From: Setoptus koraiensis
Lineage: Eukaryota > Animalia > Arthropoda
Assembly: GCA_048013815.1 (NCBI GenBank)
Contig: CM106586.1
Coordinates: 9,920,001 to 9,984,000, forward strand
Direction: 5' to 3'
Length of the DNA: 64,000 nucleotides
The notes beneath the pieces were generated by a model. That model made no database searches. It saw only the letters and a program-made list of their open reading frames with translations, and was not told the origin of the DNA. The position numbers and the translations under genes were made by a program. Below are positions 25,125 to 37,213 of this stretch, piece by piece (within the stretch, counting starts at the first letter, position 1; every line of letters begins with the position of its first letter).

Positions 25125-25864
25125 ATGGTTCGCATCCAATTCACAAGGCTACTCGTGGCGCTGTCCAGTTTGCTGACATTGGGGGCCTCTGGCTCGCTGA
25201 TCGACATAGGCAACGCTCTGGGCAGGTGGAGCCAATCTCTGCAGGAGCAAGCAAAACGACAAAGCGAAACGGATCAACCGCTCAACGTGTTCTGTTACCT
25301 GTATCACACCGCTTTGTACAGTTCATTGTCGGAGGAGGGCCCCCGCGGCTTCGACTGGAAGTCCGACGAGATCTGGTCCACTTGTACGCATATCGTTTAC
25401 GCGTTTGCCTCCATAGACGGCCAGAGGCGAGATTTGAGTTCGACTGAGGCTCGGCTCGATTTGGGCCCCAATGACACACAACAGCGCGGTGGTCGTCACG
25501 ACATGATGCGCAAATTGAATCAGTTCAAGCGGCGTCACAACGAGGCCAATCCGGCCAAGCGGCCCGTTAAGATGCTTTTGTCAGTAGGGGGCGCCTCTAC
25601 TGGTGAGGCCAGCCTGTTGAACGAGTTCGCCTCGGACCCATCAGCCAGGCGTCAGTTTGCCAAAAACGCTGCGCAATATCTGATCAATTACGGATTCGAT
25701 GGTCTCGATCTGGATTGGGAATATCCCGACAGCGAACAGTTGCTGACGGATTTGGTCAGGGAATTGCGACAACAACTTCATCGCAGATCCGCGCTGTTGA
25801 CGCTGACGCTGCCGCCCGGCGTGTGGACGGCGCGACGGGCCTACAACCTGGCCAGCGTTTCCAA
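25125..25864 (+). CDS. Secreted GH18 chitinase, exon 1
   Basis: Hydrophobic signal peptide MVRIQFTRLLVALSSLLTLGASG; CTHIVYAFA, KMLLSVGG, intact catalytic FDGLDLDWEYP (DxxDxDxE) at 25695-25727. Donor AA|gtgagt at 25865, phase 2. Confidence 0.93.
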
Positions 25865-26095
25865 GTGAGTATTGCCCCCCATTGACAATAATGTTGCAAA
25901 CAGTCGATGTTTGCATAAATTCAGACATATCCGCACGTGTTCGGATATATGTGGACGTGTTCGGATGTGTCCGAACGCGTTCGAATATGTGTGAATGCGT
26001 GCAAATGTGCCGACCCTGCCAAATGTATCACGAATAACCGGATCAATCTGCGGGCCGCATTCGGGCCGACATTTGAACAAACGGGCGCTGAGCAG

Positions 26096-26747
26096 GTTCG
26101 TGGATCACCTCAACATCATGGCCTACGACTACTACGGGCCCTGGTCGGCCAAGTCGGGCAGCAACGCGCCGCTGCGGGCCCGCGCACCGGAAGAGGCCCA
26201 TTTGAATGTAGATCAGATAGTGCAGTATTACAAGGGCAAGCTCAGCAACGCGGGCGACCAGTCGTGGAAAAAGCTGGGCCTGGGCATACCTTTTTATGCG
26301 CGCGGTTTTCTACTGGCGCCCGGTTCCGTGTTGGATCAGCTCAGGTCGCGCAAACTGGACACAAGCAGCGCCTCTAGCGGGCACAATCTGGCCTTCGACT
26401 ATGAGTTTGTCTGCAACAAAATAGCGCAGCGGAAGCTGTTGACATTCGCTCGGGATCCGCACGAGGTGACACCGGGCGCCATCGTTGAGCACGCGCCCAC
26501 CAACAAACGAATGTATCTGTCGTGGGAGGACCCCGTCAGCATCCTGGCCAAAATTGAGTACGCCAAACAGGAGGGTCTGGGCTCTGTGATGATCTGGAAG
26601 CTCGACACGGACGACTATGTGGGCCAGGGGCCCGGCTGCAGCCCGCCCGACGACGGGGCCGCGCGACAGGCCGCGCGACATGCGGACGGGCCCTCGCGCG
26701 GCCGCTTCCCGTTGTTGTCGGCGGTCAGGCGCGCCGTCGCTAGTTGA
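26096..26747 (+). CDS. GH18 chitinase, exon 2; spliced protein about 463 aa, no chitin-binding CBM14 domain
   Basis: Acceptor gagcag|G at 26095/26096 gives SK-FVDHLNIMAYDYYGPW. Also LGIPFYARGF, YLSWEDPVSILAKIEYAKQEGLGSVMIWKLDTDD, and RFPLL. Intron 25865-26095 (231 bp). Confidence 0.93.
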
Positions 26748-28920
26748 TGCTCGCACCTCGGGCCGGTCCAATACGCGAGAAACATTTGAAACATGCGAAA
26801 ATCTCGACGCCTCGAGTCTGTTTTTCGCCCATCGGCGACTGGCGTGAATATCGATTTTGCGCCGATTTGTCACAAATTATTTCTGCGTGAATATCAATTC
26901 TGCGCGGATATTTATTCTGCGCGGATATCGATTGGGCGTCAGTGTCAATGGTGCGCGAACGTCAATTTTGCGCGAATGTGACATTCGGAGCGTCAATCAT
27001 AAATCACGGCCGTGCGCCGAAGGCGCTGCGAATGAATAAATTGTCGAAATATCGAACGTGATGTCGCATTGATTCGATGTCATTAGCGCGATAATATTTG
27101 CGCCCAACTGCCCAGTTGCGGCTATTCGATCGCGGCTATTCAGTCGCGGCCATTTAGTCGCGGCGAGTGCGCTTCGTCTGGACCGGAAGTGGGCTTGCGC
27201 TGCTCGAGCGAGCGTGTGCAAAGTGAGCGAGTGCGAGCAAAGTGAGCGAGCAATGGCCACAATTATGAGTCGCCGTAACCTGTCACTGACCTGGGCACAG
27301 GTGAGTGTCGCAGGCCAGCGCGTTTGCAAGCGAACGGCTTCCAAATGGCTGCGAATCGAATGCGATTAGCGTCGGCGCGGCTGGAAAGTGGAAAATCGGC
27401 GGCGCCGTCGTCGTGTCGCCGTTGCAGCTCGCTAAGCAAACACGGTTGCTGTGTCGCGAACGAAAGTGCCCATGATCGTTAATTAACAATTAACGTCAAT
27501 TGTTGTCTGGCGAAAGAACGCGAACAAAAAGAAGCGAAAACCGACTGCTGCTGTTGCCTTGTTGAGTGCGGTTGGCAGCTAGTTGGTGCAGTGACTTGGC
27601 GACTCGATCATGTCGACACTAATTGTTGCGTCTGGCGCGACAGGTGAGAGCGGCCGTCTAAATGAGCTGTCGTCGCTGTTGTCGGCGCTGCTGCCGGCGC
27701 CACATATGGCATCATGTGACATCATTAGTGGCCTGTTGCCGGCTCCAAATTGATTAATTAATTTTTGTCCGAGTCGCACTGCAACAGCGACAGCAGCGGC
27801 AACAGCGGCAACAGCGGCAACAGCGACAACAGCAAAGGTGAGTCTAAATTTTAGACTCTAGAAATCTAAATTGGGCGACAATCATGTCACGCATCCAACT
27901 GTGGCTGCGCCAAGCGGCACCAGCTAACCAATGTTAGCATGTACCAATGCTAGTGTGCACTAACAATGACAACAATGACAATAATAGTAACTGAAACAAC
28001 AAAAACACGGGGGCCATTCAACTGAGTGACACCTGTAGCTGCTCACTGGGCCCGACAATTGGAGCCGGCATTGTTGTTGCGGCCGTGGTTGCGGCTGTTG
28101 TCGTGGTTGTTGTGGCGGCTGTTGTGGCGGCTGTTGTGGCGGCGCCATTATCGCCATTGTCGTTGCCGCAACAACCGCGATAAGACAACAGCGGCGATGA
28201 GACAACAACAGCGCTGAGACAGCAACAACCACAATGACAGCGGCAACAACAGCGACAACCACGCTGACGGCAACAACAACAGTCAATGTCGTCGATTATT
28301 AGCTGCGATTCTGGGGCATTTTGCTCTGCATGCCGGCCCGACAGTGTCGGGCCGGTCCCGAGAAACCGCAGACACACTCGTGAGCGGGCTGGCGCCTCGT
28401 CGAAAGCCGGCGCCTTGTCGAAAGCCGGCGCTTCGTTGACGGCGGGCACTTCATTAAGACGCTCAACATGATGACAGGGCACGGCAGGGGTATGACGGCT
28501 TATGTCGGGTTTGCGGCGGGTTATAAGGGCTCATATGGGCTGATAATGAGATAATGCGCCCATTAGTGCCGACTTGGCGCCCGATTGTGGCAGTGGCGCC
28601 TTGCCGTGGCTGTTTGCGTGAAAGAACAGGTTGTTGTTGTTGCAGTCGTTTCTGGCTTGAATCATCAGCACAGTCAACAACAACAATGATCCAATAATTG
28701 TTTAGCGCCCGACTCACACATCAATAATTTGCAACAGACGAACAACATTACGGTCCCGATAATGGCTTTAAAATGGAAATTGCATTCATTGTTGTTGCTG
28801 CATTATGGGCAATGATAACATCGGCAATGATTGCTCGCACGAGCTCACCAGCCCAATTAGCCATTGTGTGGTCGTTAGCAGCGACACACTACGGCAACGC
28901 AAGTGCAAAACACTAATAAT

Positions 28921-29000
28921 AAATCCGAAATCCGAAATACGAAATTTGAAATCCGAAATCCAAAATTCAGAATTAAAAATCCAAAATTCAAATCAAATCA
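28921..29000. repeat. 7-bp degenerate repeat (aaatccg/aaattca)
   Basis: aaatccgaaatccgaaatacgaaatttgaaatccgaaatccaaaattc... Confidence 0.8.
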
Positions 29001-32000
29001 AACTTTCATGCCGAGTGAGAGTCGTGCCAGTGGCAGCACAAACGCGATAATTAGTCTGGGAAATTACGTTGTCGTTGTTGTTGTCGTTGTCGATGTTGTT
29101 GTCGTTGTCGATGTTGTTGGCACTGACACGACGACAGCGACCAGTTCACTTGCGATCACAGGCATGTGCGTGTCTAATTTGCATACCTGGCAGATAATTG
29201 TTTGTGCCGGCTCGCGGCGGCCTGGATCATTCAGGCTGGATGAGCAGCCCGCCAAGGGCGCCGGCAGCGCGGACGAGCGACAGTGCAGCTCGGGAATAGC
29301 GCACACCGAGAATAACGCACGATAAGAATAAGCCAGAACGAGGATAAGGCAGAACGAGAATCAGTCAGAACGAGGATAAAAATAAAATAAAAATAAAATA
29401 AAAATAAAAGCGAGCCAAGGCGAAAATAACAAAAGGTGCGAGACGCATCAGCTCGCCGGCTCGCTCGGCGATCGCCTAATCGGTGTTGTGATTGTTTTCG
29501 TCAGGCTATTACGGCTGGCATTGGCTGCAATGCGCACGCAGCAACGCGCCGCGAACAACAGCAACAGCAACAACAACAACAACAACGACAACAACGACAG
29601 GCGAGACAGGTGAAGAGGCTCACACTCGGCATGCGCCATCGACGGTCGCTCGTTCGTTCGCGCCGGCTACCTGTCGGCTTTTCCGACAATTTGGCTGCTA
29701 ATTTAGTTGGTCGCTTGCCGGTTGTTGCCGGTTGTTGCCGGTTGTTGCGTCAGTTGTCAGATGAAGCCACTAGCTAGCTCGCGAGCTGTCAGTGGTGGCA
29801 CCTGTCGCAGGGCACTTGTTGCTGCAACAATGTTACAGCATGTAACTTACAGGTGACTTGTTGGTGCACACATGCGCTGCTGTTGCGCAATTGTTTGCAC
29901 AGCGATTGTTGGCAACAGGTAGCCGATTGTTTGTTTGGCTCATGTGAGCTCGCCGTGTGTCGTGCGTGTACGTTGTTGCGTGCAGCCGGTGCACCAGGGC
30001 AAGTGCATCAGTGCCACTTGTCGCGGCACCAACAAGCCAATGTGTCGCGAGTCGCGACAACGTTACGTTTGCCAGTGTCGCTCGATTTGACGCTGTCCGG
30101 CGCCAATCGCCCGCGCTTACAAATCCGTGTACATCCGCGACCGGATGTTACACAAGTTGTTGTATTGGTTGCAACGGCGCAACTGATGCATGTGTGCCCA
30201 TGGATCTCTGATGGCAATCGGCATCAATGGGTGAATTTGGTCAATTGGCCCATTGGTGCCGGCGACACCAACAAGCCACAATGGCAGCGATAATGGGTGA
30301 CAACTTGTCACTGACAAGTTTGCACTGTCGACCCGAGAGTCTCGATAGCCTGTGGGCGAAATCGACAGCAGCAACACAAACGAGTTAATTAGTATTGAAA
30401 TTATGCTCATAATTAAACAGCGACAAGAGGCGAAAATTGGCCAAAAATTACCATAAGACGGCAATTGCAAGCTGCAACAGGTTCATTTTGCGATCAATTA
30501 ATTATTGTGTGCGTGTCTAACTCGCAGACAATTACCTATTCTGGCTCGCAATCAATCAGTGCAATTCGTCAGTGTCAGCGCAGTGGTTCCAATGTTACAG
30601 TGTTCACAATGGTGGCCGCAGTGCGATTTGTAGCGCCAACAACACAACAACACAACAACACAACACAACAACAACCACTCGACAGACTGTCGTCGATAGA
30701 GTGTCGAGTGGATGGAGCATCGAGTCGACGGTATCGACGACAGTGACGGAGTTTTCGTTATTTGCTGTTTTTCGCTTATTGGTGCTTGTGCATTGCGGCT
30801 GTCGGCCGGCTTTTCCGCCAATGACACAGCCGCCGCTCACCTGTTACCTGTTGCTTGTGTCAACTGGAAATGGAGCTGTCAGCTGGTGGCAACTTGTTAC
30901 TAACAAGTTGTTACTAACAAGTTGTTAGCGGCTGTCATCGCGGCTGTCGTAAACAGTGAGCAGTCAGCTGTCGTTGGAGCAATTGTTTGAACAGGCACAA
31001 GTGTCATGTTGTGGTTGGCAAGCTAGTAGCTTGCCAACCACAACTGACAGCTCGTTGTGTGAGCAGCCATTAGCGTTGGCTTGTCAACCTTGAATGTGTG
31101 TTTGTGTCGTGACGTTTATATTTGGAAGTAAGTGTATCAAAACAATTGCCACTGCCTACTAATTCGGCCTATTTATATCGAGTTTATCTAGTCTGGCGCG
31201 CTGTTTGCACTGCTTGCCGTTCGTCTGTCTCCCACTGCCGGCTAAATGGCTAAACGGCTCAATGGCTCAATGGCTCAATGGCGCCGGCTGTTAATTGACG
31301 CCGGCTATTATTTTCAGCGCAAGCAAACAATTTTATTTTATTATTATTATTAATTATCTCTTACGCACTCGCTATGTGGTTGTTGTTGCATGTGGTTGTT
31401 GTTACATGTGGTTGTTGTTACATGTGGTTGTTGCTGTCGTTGTTGTTGCTGTTGTATGTGTTGTTATGTGTCGTTGTTGCTGTAGTTGCGAGTGCGAGCG
31501 CACAAACGAGCTCGACGATGAGATCATTAGCTCGGCCGCGTATCGCCACAGATAATCCATAACGAGAATCCATAACGAGAATCCATAACGAGATCACATT
31601 CACGCCAGCGCTAATGCCGTGCCGGTCCATCATCAACCGGTTCGTAGCGTGTCGCATTATCGCGCTGCCAGTGGCTCTCAATGGCCGTTATCGCGATTTA
31701 TGACCTCGACAATGTTTGTTGGCCCCCACGTTGGCAAGCCGCCCGCCCGCGACAACAGCTCACCTGTGCCACTAGCGTGCGCAGCTCGCCCGTGCCACTC
31801 ACCTGTGCCACTCACCTCACAAGTTGTGAGTCTCACAAGCTGTCAGTCAGCGGTTAGCTAACACGCTCGGTAAGTGTCAGACTGACCCTGGCCCGCTCAC
31901 ACAAACTCGCTTGCCGCCAGGCCAAATCGGACAGGCGAGCTGTCAGTTTGCGTGAGCGCACAAAACGTGCCAAGCGATAACGGGACGATAAGCCGCAAAT

Positions 32001-33114
32001 TGATTATGCTCGATCGTTTGTTATGCGCCAATCGATTATCGGCGGGCCCGATCGGTCAATTAGCGGCACAAACGCGCTGAGAGGCGCCTACAAATCGCCG
32101 ATCTCGACTCGAGATTCTCGAGCGGCGCTCGGCAAGTGCCCAAAGTGGCGCTCGGCGAGTGCCCGAAGGCGTGTCGAGACCGCTCCGTTTCGCCGTGCCG
32201 AGCCTCGTCGACGAGCTTCAACGGGGCTCGCTGTGCGTCGCTGTGCGCGAAATCGGGGCGCTTGTCGAAACTTCATCTAGAGTTTATTGTTGGTTGCACA
32301 AGTTTTCGGCGAAACGAGCGCTCGCTGTTGCGCTGACAATGTCAAGCCAACGCTGTCGGCCGCGCAATTGGCAACAACACCAACAACGACAACAACAGCA
32401 ACGACAACAACAACAGCGACAACAACGACAGCGACAACAACGACAACAACGACGACAGCAGCAACAGCGACAGCAACAACGACAGTCACAATGGGCACAA
32501 TGGCGAGCCAAGGTGTCACAGCAGCGACAATGAACGTCATTGTCACGCCGGCACATCCGGCGTGACGCCAACTCAAATCGCGCCGTATGTAACACCGTTT
32601 ATTATAATGCAATGCTGTTGTTGTTAGCTTGATATTAGTTGTGAGTGCTCCAGTTTACGTTTATGGCCGCGCTCACTTTGGTGACATTCGTCGAGCCGCG
32701 ACGCCCGTCGAGCCGGCAAACGCAATGACGTGGGCGGCAGCATCATTTCAGATTTGATCGGCTCGCTTGTGGCGATCAAATTTGATTTTATGAGTTTTTT
32801 TCGGGATTGTCGCTGCCGTTTGGATCATTACCAGATCATTGTTTATCGTTGGCGAGGCCGGGCCAACAATAAACAGTGATCGAGTTTTGGCCCGCGCCGA
32901 CTTGCCAATTGCGGCTCGTCCGAGGCGGCGCGCCGCGCCGCAACAAGGTCAGCGCTGTCACGCCCAGCCCGCGGCCTGCGGCCGGCCGATCCGCCCGGCG
33001 TCCCGGGCCGGCGATCCCGATCTGACGATCGGGCCGACCGATCGCTAGATCGGTCGGCTAGCGATTGCCAGAGACGGGCCGACGATGCCCATTGGGCATT
33101 GTGGTGGCGCCAGC

Positions 33115-33153
<39 letters not shown>

Positions 33154-34534
33154 GTGAAGCCTGTAATGACGGCACGACCGTAGACGGCCATTAGCGCTAT
33201 CGGACGCGACACGGTGACATTAATATTTGCCGGCGAGCTAGCGAAAACTGAAATAAAATAAAACAAAATAAAATAAACGGCGCCGGGCGCGACATTAGCG
33301 CCAGGTCGGCGCACCCAATATAAGCGTAATATAAGCGTAATGTAAGCGTAATGTAGGCGCAATATAAGGTTACCTGTGTAAAGTTTGCAATTGTCTGCGG
33401 CCACTTCCGGCGCGGCCGATCCACTTTCGCTGCGGCGCCCGGCGGCGCCCGGGTTGCCGCTAATGAGCCCGGCTAATGCTGCCGACTACAATGCCAGTAC
33501 TACGCCACTACAAAGCCGCCACAATCAGACGCAACACAATGCCACTGCAATGGGACCAACCGAGGTAATTAGCCGCATTGTTGCTCCCATTAGCGTCAGG
33601 CCGGGCATTGCAGTGTATGGCGGTGGCCCGGTATTGTACGGTTGTGTTGTTGCGGCGGCCACAGCAGCGGCCCGACACCGACAATTGGCAGCACTGCCAG
33701 CCGACCGGCCGGGGGTGACGTCGCGTTTCACTGCGGTGCGCACTGTACCGTGAGCGGCGCATTATGCAAATTGTGGCCAAATTGGCCAAATTGGCCAAAT
33801 TGGCCGGCAGCGGCCCGACTCGGCGGCGCCGCAATGTCTCGCGACTCCCGGGTCGCGACTCTCGAGTCGAGAGGCCGCCAAAATGCCGGCCGGAGCGTTG
33901 CCGCATCAGCACCGGAAGTGGCCATGCGGTTTCCCAGGCTGACGTTTGCAGTAGCTGACATTGGCGGGTCCGGTGGCGTGTTATGGTGGAACCGAAGGCG
34001 GACACCCGAACGGGCACTCGATTGGGTGCGCCCTCTCTCTCTCTCGTTTGTTTCAATTGGCCGAGTGTTGCGAATTTGCGCATTTGTCAATTTGTCAATT
34101 TGCGACATTTGTCGCTGGTGGCCGTCTGCTTGCACTAGAATCGGCCGGAGTCGGCCGGAATTGGCTCGTTAGATTTGTCGCTTGTTGGCCGAGGTCGCGA
34201 TTGGCGTCGCGCCCAAGCGACAGAGCACAAACAATGGACCGCACCGTGCCGCAACAATGCGCCCCCGTGCGGTGTGTCGCGTCGGCCGGTACGGCCGCCC
34301 GTCATTACGGTTGTAGTGCATTATGTAATTATGCCGTATGTTTACATGCATAATTATTGCATTTGCCAGTATATTTATCATGTGGCCGATTTATTATATG
34401 GAATTGCGCGTATTACACGGCTTGTTGTGTTATGTCGCCATAAGAATGCATAATATGGATGCTTATGGCGGGTTGTTGCGATAATTTCTACATGTATCGG
34501 CGTATCGTGCGACTCGTTTGCGAGCCACTTGTTT

Positions 34535-34590
34535 GTGTGCCGATTGTGTGCCGATTGTGTGCCGATTGTGTGCCGATTGTGTGCCGATTG
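34535..34590. repeat. 11-bp tandem repeat x5 (gtgtgccgatt)
   Basis: Perfect copies. Confidence 0.9.
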
Positions 34591-35804
34591 TTGCCGGGCG
34601 GGGCGCCCCTGCCGGCGGTCGGCGCGACCACTTTCGGGCGGCCAAGCGGGCACTACTAGTAACAATTTACTGAATATTAGTAATGTTGCATGCATCGTTG
34701 TGTTACGTAATGCATCATGAGTGAATTATTATTATTATTATCACGATTGTATTGCAATTGCGCAGTTGCGAGTTGGCGCTGCGCGCGAGGCGCCCGCTCG
34801 GCGTTGGACGGCGACGGCGTTGGACGGCGACGGCGTTGGACGGCGAAATTTTCGCCACTGTTCCGAGTCGGAATTTCCTACGGTTTTCGCCGCAATTTCG
34901 ACAGTTTTCGCCGGTATTCCGGGTCGGAATTTACGACAGTGTTGGCCGCAATTCCGACGGTATTCCGGCCGCGTAACGTGTATAATAGCGACAGCATAAT
35001 GGCAATAATGAGCGACAGTGTCGCGACACTTTCGCACGAATCGTACAGCCCGACAACAAAACACTGTCACTGGGGGCGACAGTGTCGTTGGGCGCAACGG
35101 CGTCAGCGCAACGCCGCCACTGTGTCCGTCGTTGGGCCGTTGATATGAGAGGTGAGTCGCGCAACGAGACTCTTGTCAGTTGCGTCATGGCAACGCCCAG
35201 ATGAAAGTCCTCCTATTACATCATACTATCGCACTTGTGAGCGACGCTTGTTTTGGGCTGTTTCGTTGGGCCGTTTCGCTGGGCCGTTTCGTTGGGCTGC
35301 TGTCAGTGGCTGGCAGTGGCTGCCGGTGGCTGTCACACTGACACTGTCAGTGTTGGCCGGCGAGACTCGGCAAGCAGCGACTCACAGCGGCCACTGTCAG
35401 GCGCACAAACGCGGCTCAGCAAACCTGAGCTCACCTGAGTTGCGTTTGTCGCTGCTCATGCGTTTGTTCAGCAACAACACACTGCGACGCCAACAACATA
35501 CTGGAAAGGCAACAACACAGTGAAAAGGCAACAGCAACAACACAGTGAACAACCAACAACAGCAACAACACGCCGGGCTAGTTAGCAGTGGCTGTCAGTC
35601 GAGAAATTGCCCAGTTGGAGGTAGCACACAGGTGAGTGAATCATCTCTCGAGCACGGCAAATGTGCACAGCAGCAGCAGCAGCAACAGTCGGCAGCAAAC
35701 ATCGCCACTCGGCAGCCATCAGCAGCGAAATATTGTTTTGTTTACCATTAGCAGCCACGGCGACGTCACTCGAACGCGATTATCCCCCGATTATCCGATA
35801 TCGT

Positions 35805-35892
35805 CCACCGAGTGTCCCCATTGAGTGTCCCCATTGAGTATCACCATTGAGCATCATCTATTGAGTATCGTCCATTGAGTGCCCCGTTGAGC
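35805..35892. repeat. ~13-bp degenerate tandem repeat (ttgagtgtcccca), ~6 copies
   Basis: Units of 12-14 bp each beginning ttgag. Confidence 0.8.
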
Positions 35893-36340
35893 ACACATCA
35901 CACTTCAAATCAATTCGCCAGCTAGGTATTTCGGCAATTCGCCAGCGACACAAGCCCAACAGTGAGCGGCCATTTGAAGCGGCCCACAAATCAGCAAAAC
36001 ACGCCAGCAAGCGCCCCCGCACGACACACAAACACAACACACACTAATTAATTATTATAACACAGCTAATTAATTAGCTCGATTATAATTGATTGACCGA
36101 TCGACGAGCAGCGACGACAAATATCGAGGCGAAAAATTGATCGGCCCAGCGACAGCCAGCGGCAGAAAGCGGCCGACAGAGACAGCAAGAGACCCCAACA
36201 GAGCAGACACAACAAACAACAGACAACAAATAACCAACAATCAAAAATTAAGCGTCAATAGTTAATAATCAACAATCAATAATTAATAATCAATAACCAA
36301 CAATCAACAATCAATCAGTAATTGATAATAAACAGACGGC

Positions 36341-37213
36341 ATGGACTTGTTGCCCAGCGACGCGCCCTCGCCCCGGCTGTGCCACTTGATCAAGTGGCCC
36401 GACTTTGAGGGCTACGGGTTCAACCTGCACGCCGAAAAGGCCAAAATGGGCCAGTTCATCGGCAAGGTCGACGTGGACAGTCCGGCCCAAATGGCGGGCT
36501 TGCGCGAGGGCGACCGCATTATTGAGGTGAACGGCGTCAACATCAGTACAGAGAATCACCGTCAGGTGGTGGAACGCATCAAGTCGCTGGAAAAGGAAAC
36601 CAAATTGTTAGTTGTGGACCAAGACACGGATCAATGGTACAAGGACAACGATTTGATAGTCAAGTCCAGCCAGTTGAATGTTATTTATATCAAGACACCC
36701 GTGCCGCGTCCCTCGTCGGACTCGCCCAGAGCCCAGCAGCACCAGCCGCCAGCGCCCCCTGCCGCCGCCGCCGCCTCGGTCAGTCCCAATATAGCAACTG
36801 GCGTCAGTCCCAATGCCTCAATTAGTCCAAATGCCGCGGCTCCCGTCAGTGCCGGCGCGGCCCCCGTTGAGGCCGAGCAAGAGGCACAGTTTGTGGCGAG
36901 CGGTCGCCAGCAGCAGCAACAGCATCACCAACAACAACAACAACAACAGCAAGAACAACAACAGCAACAACAGTCACCAACTTCTCAGACACCAAGTGAG
37001 GGGGCGCTCGACGAGCAAGAGTCGGCGGCCAGCAACGAAACTAGAGCAGTTATTCACGTCGAGCCGGCGCACATTGTTGAGTCGCCGCAGCCGCAGCAGC
37101 AGCCCGACCACCAGTCATCGGCGGGCCAAGACCAGCCGCCTGGTCAAGAGCAACAGCAGCCGGCGACAGTGGCGCCAGTGGCGGCCGCCGACATCAAACT
37201 GAACGTCACCATG
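36341..37213 (+). CDS. NHERF1: NHERF/EBP50 (Sip1-like) single-PDZ scaffold, coding exon 1 (291 codons)
   Basis: PDZ domain PRLCHLIKWPDFEGYGFNLHAEKAKMGQFIGKVDVDSPAQMAGLREGDRIIEVNGVNISTENHRQVVERIK...KLLVVD; the GYGFNLH carboxylate loop is NHERF-type. Followed by a Q/P/A-rich linker. Donor ATG|gtaagt at 37214, phase 0. An acceptor aaacag lies 5 nt before the ATG. Confidence 0.92.

Noticed and set aside
31519-31528. TGAGATCATT, the first 10 nt of bantam miRNA
   Set aside because: No precursor-length hairpin and no match beyond 10 nt.
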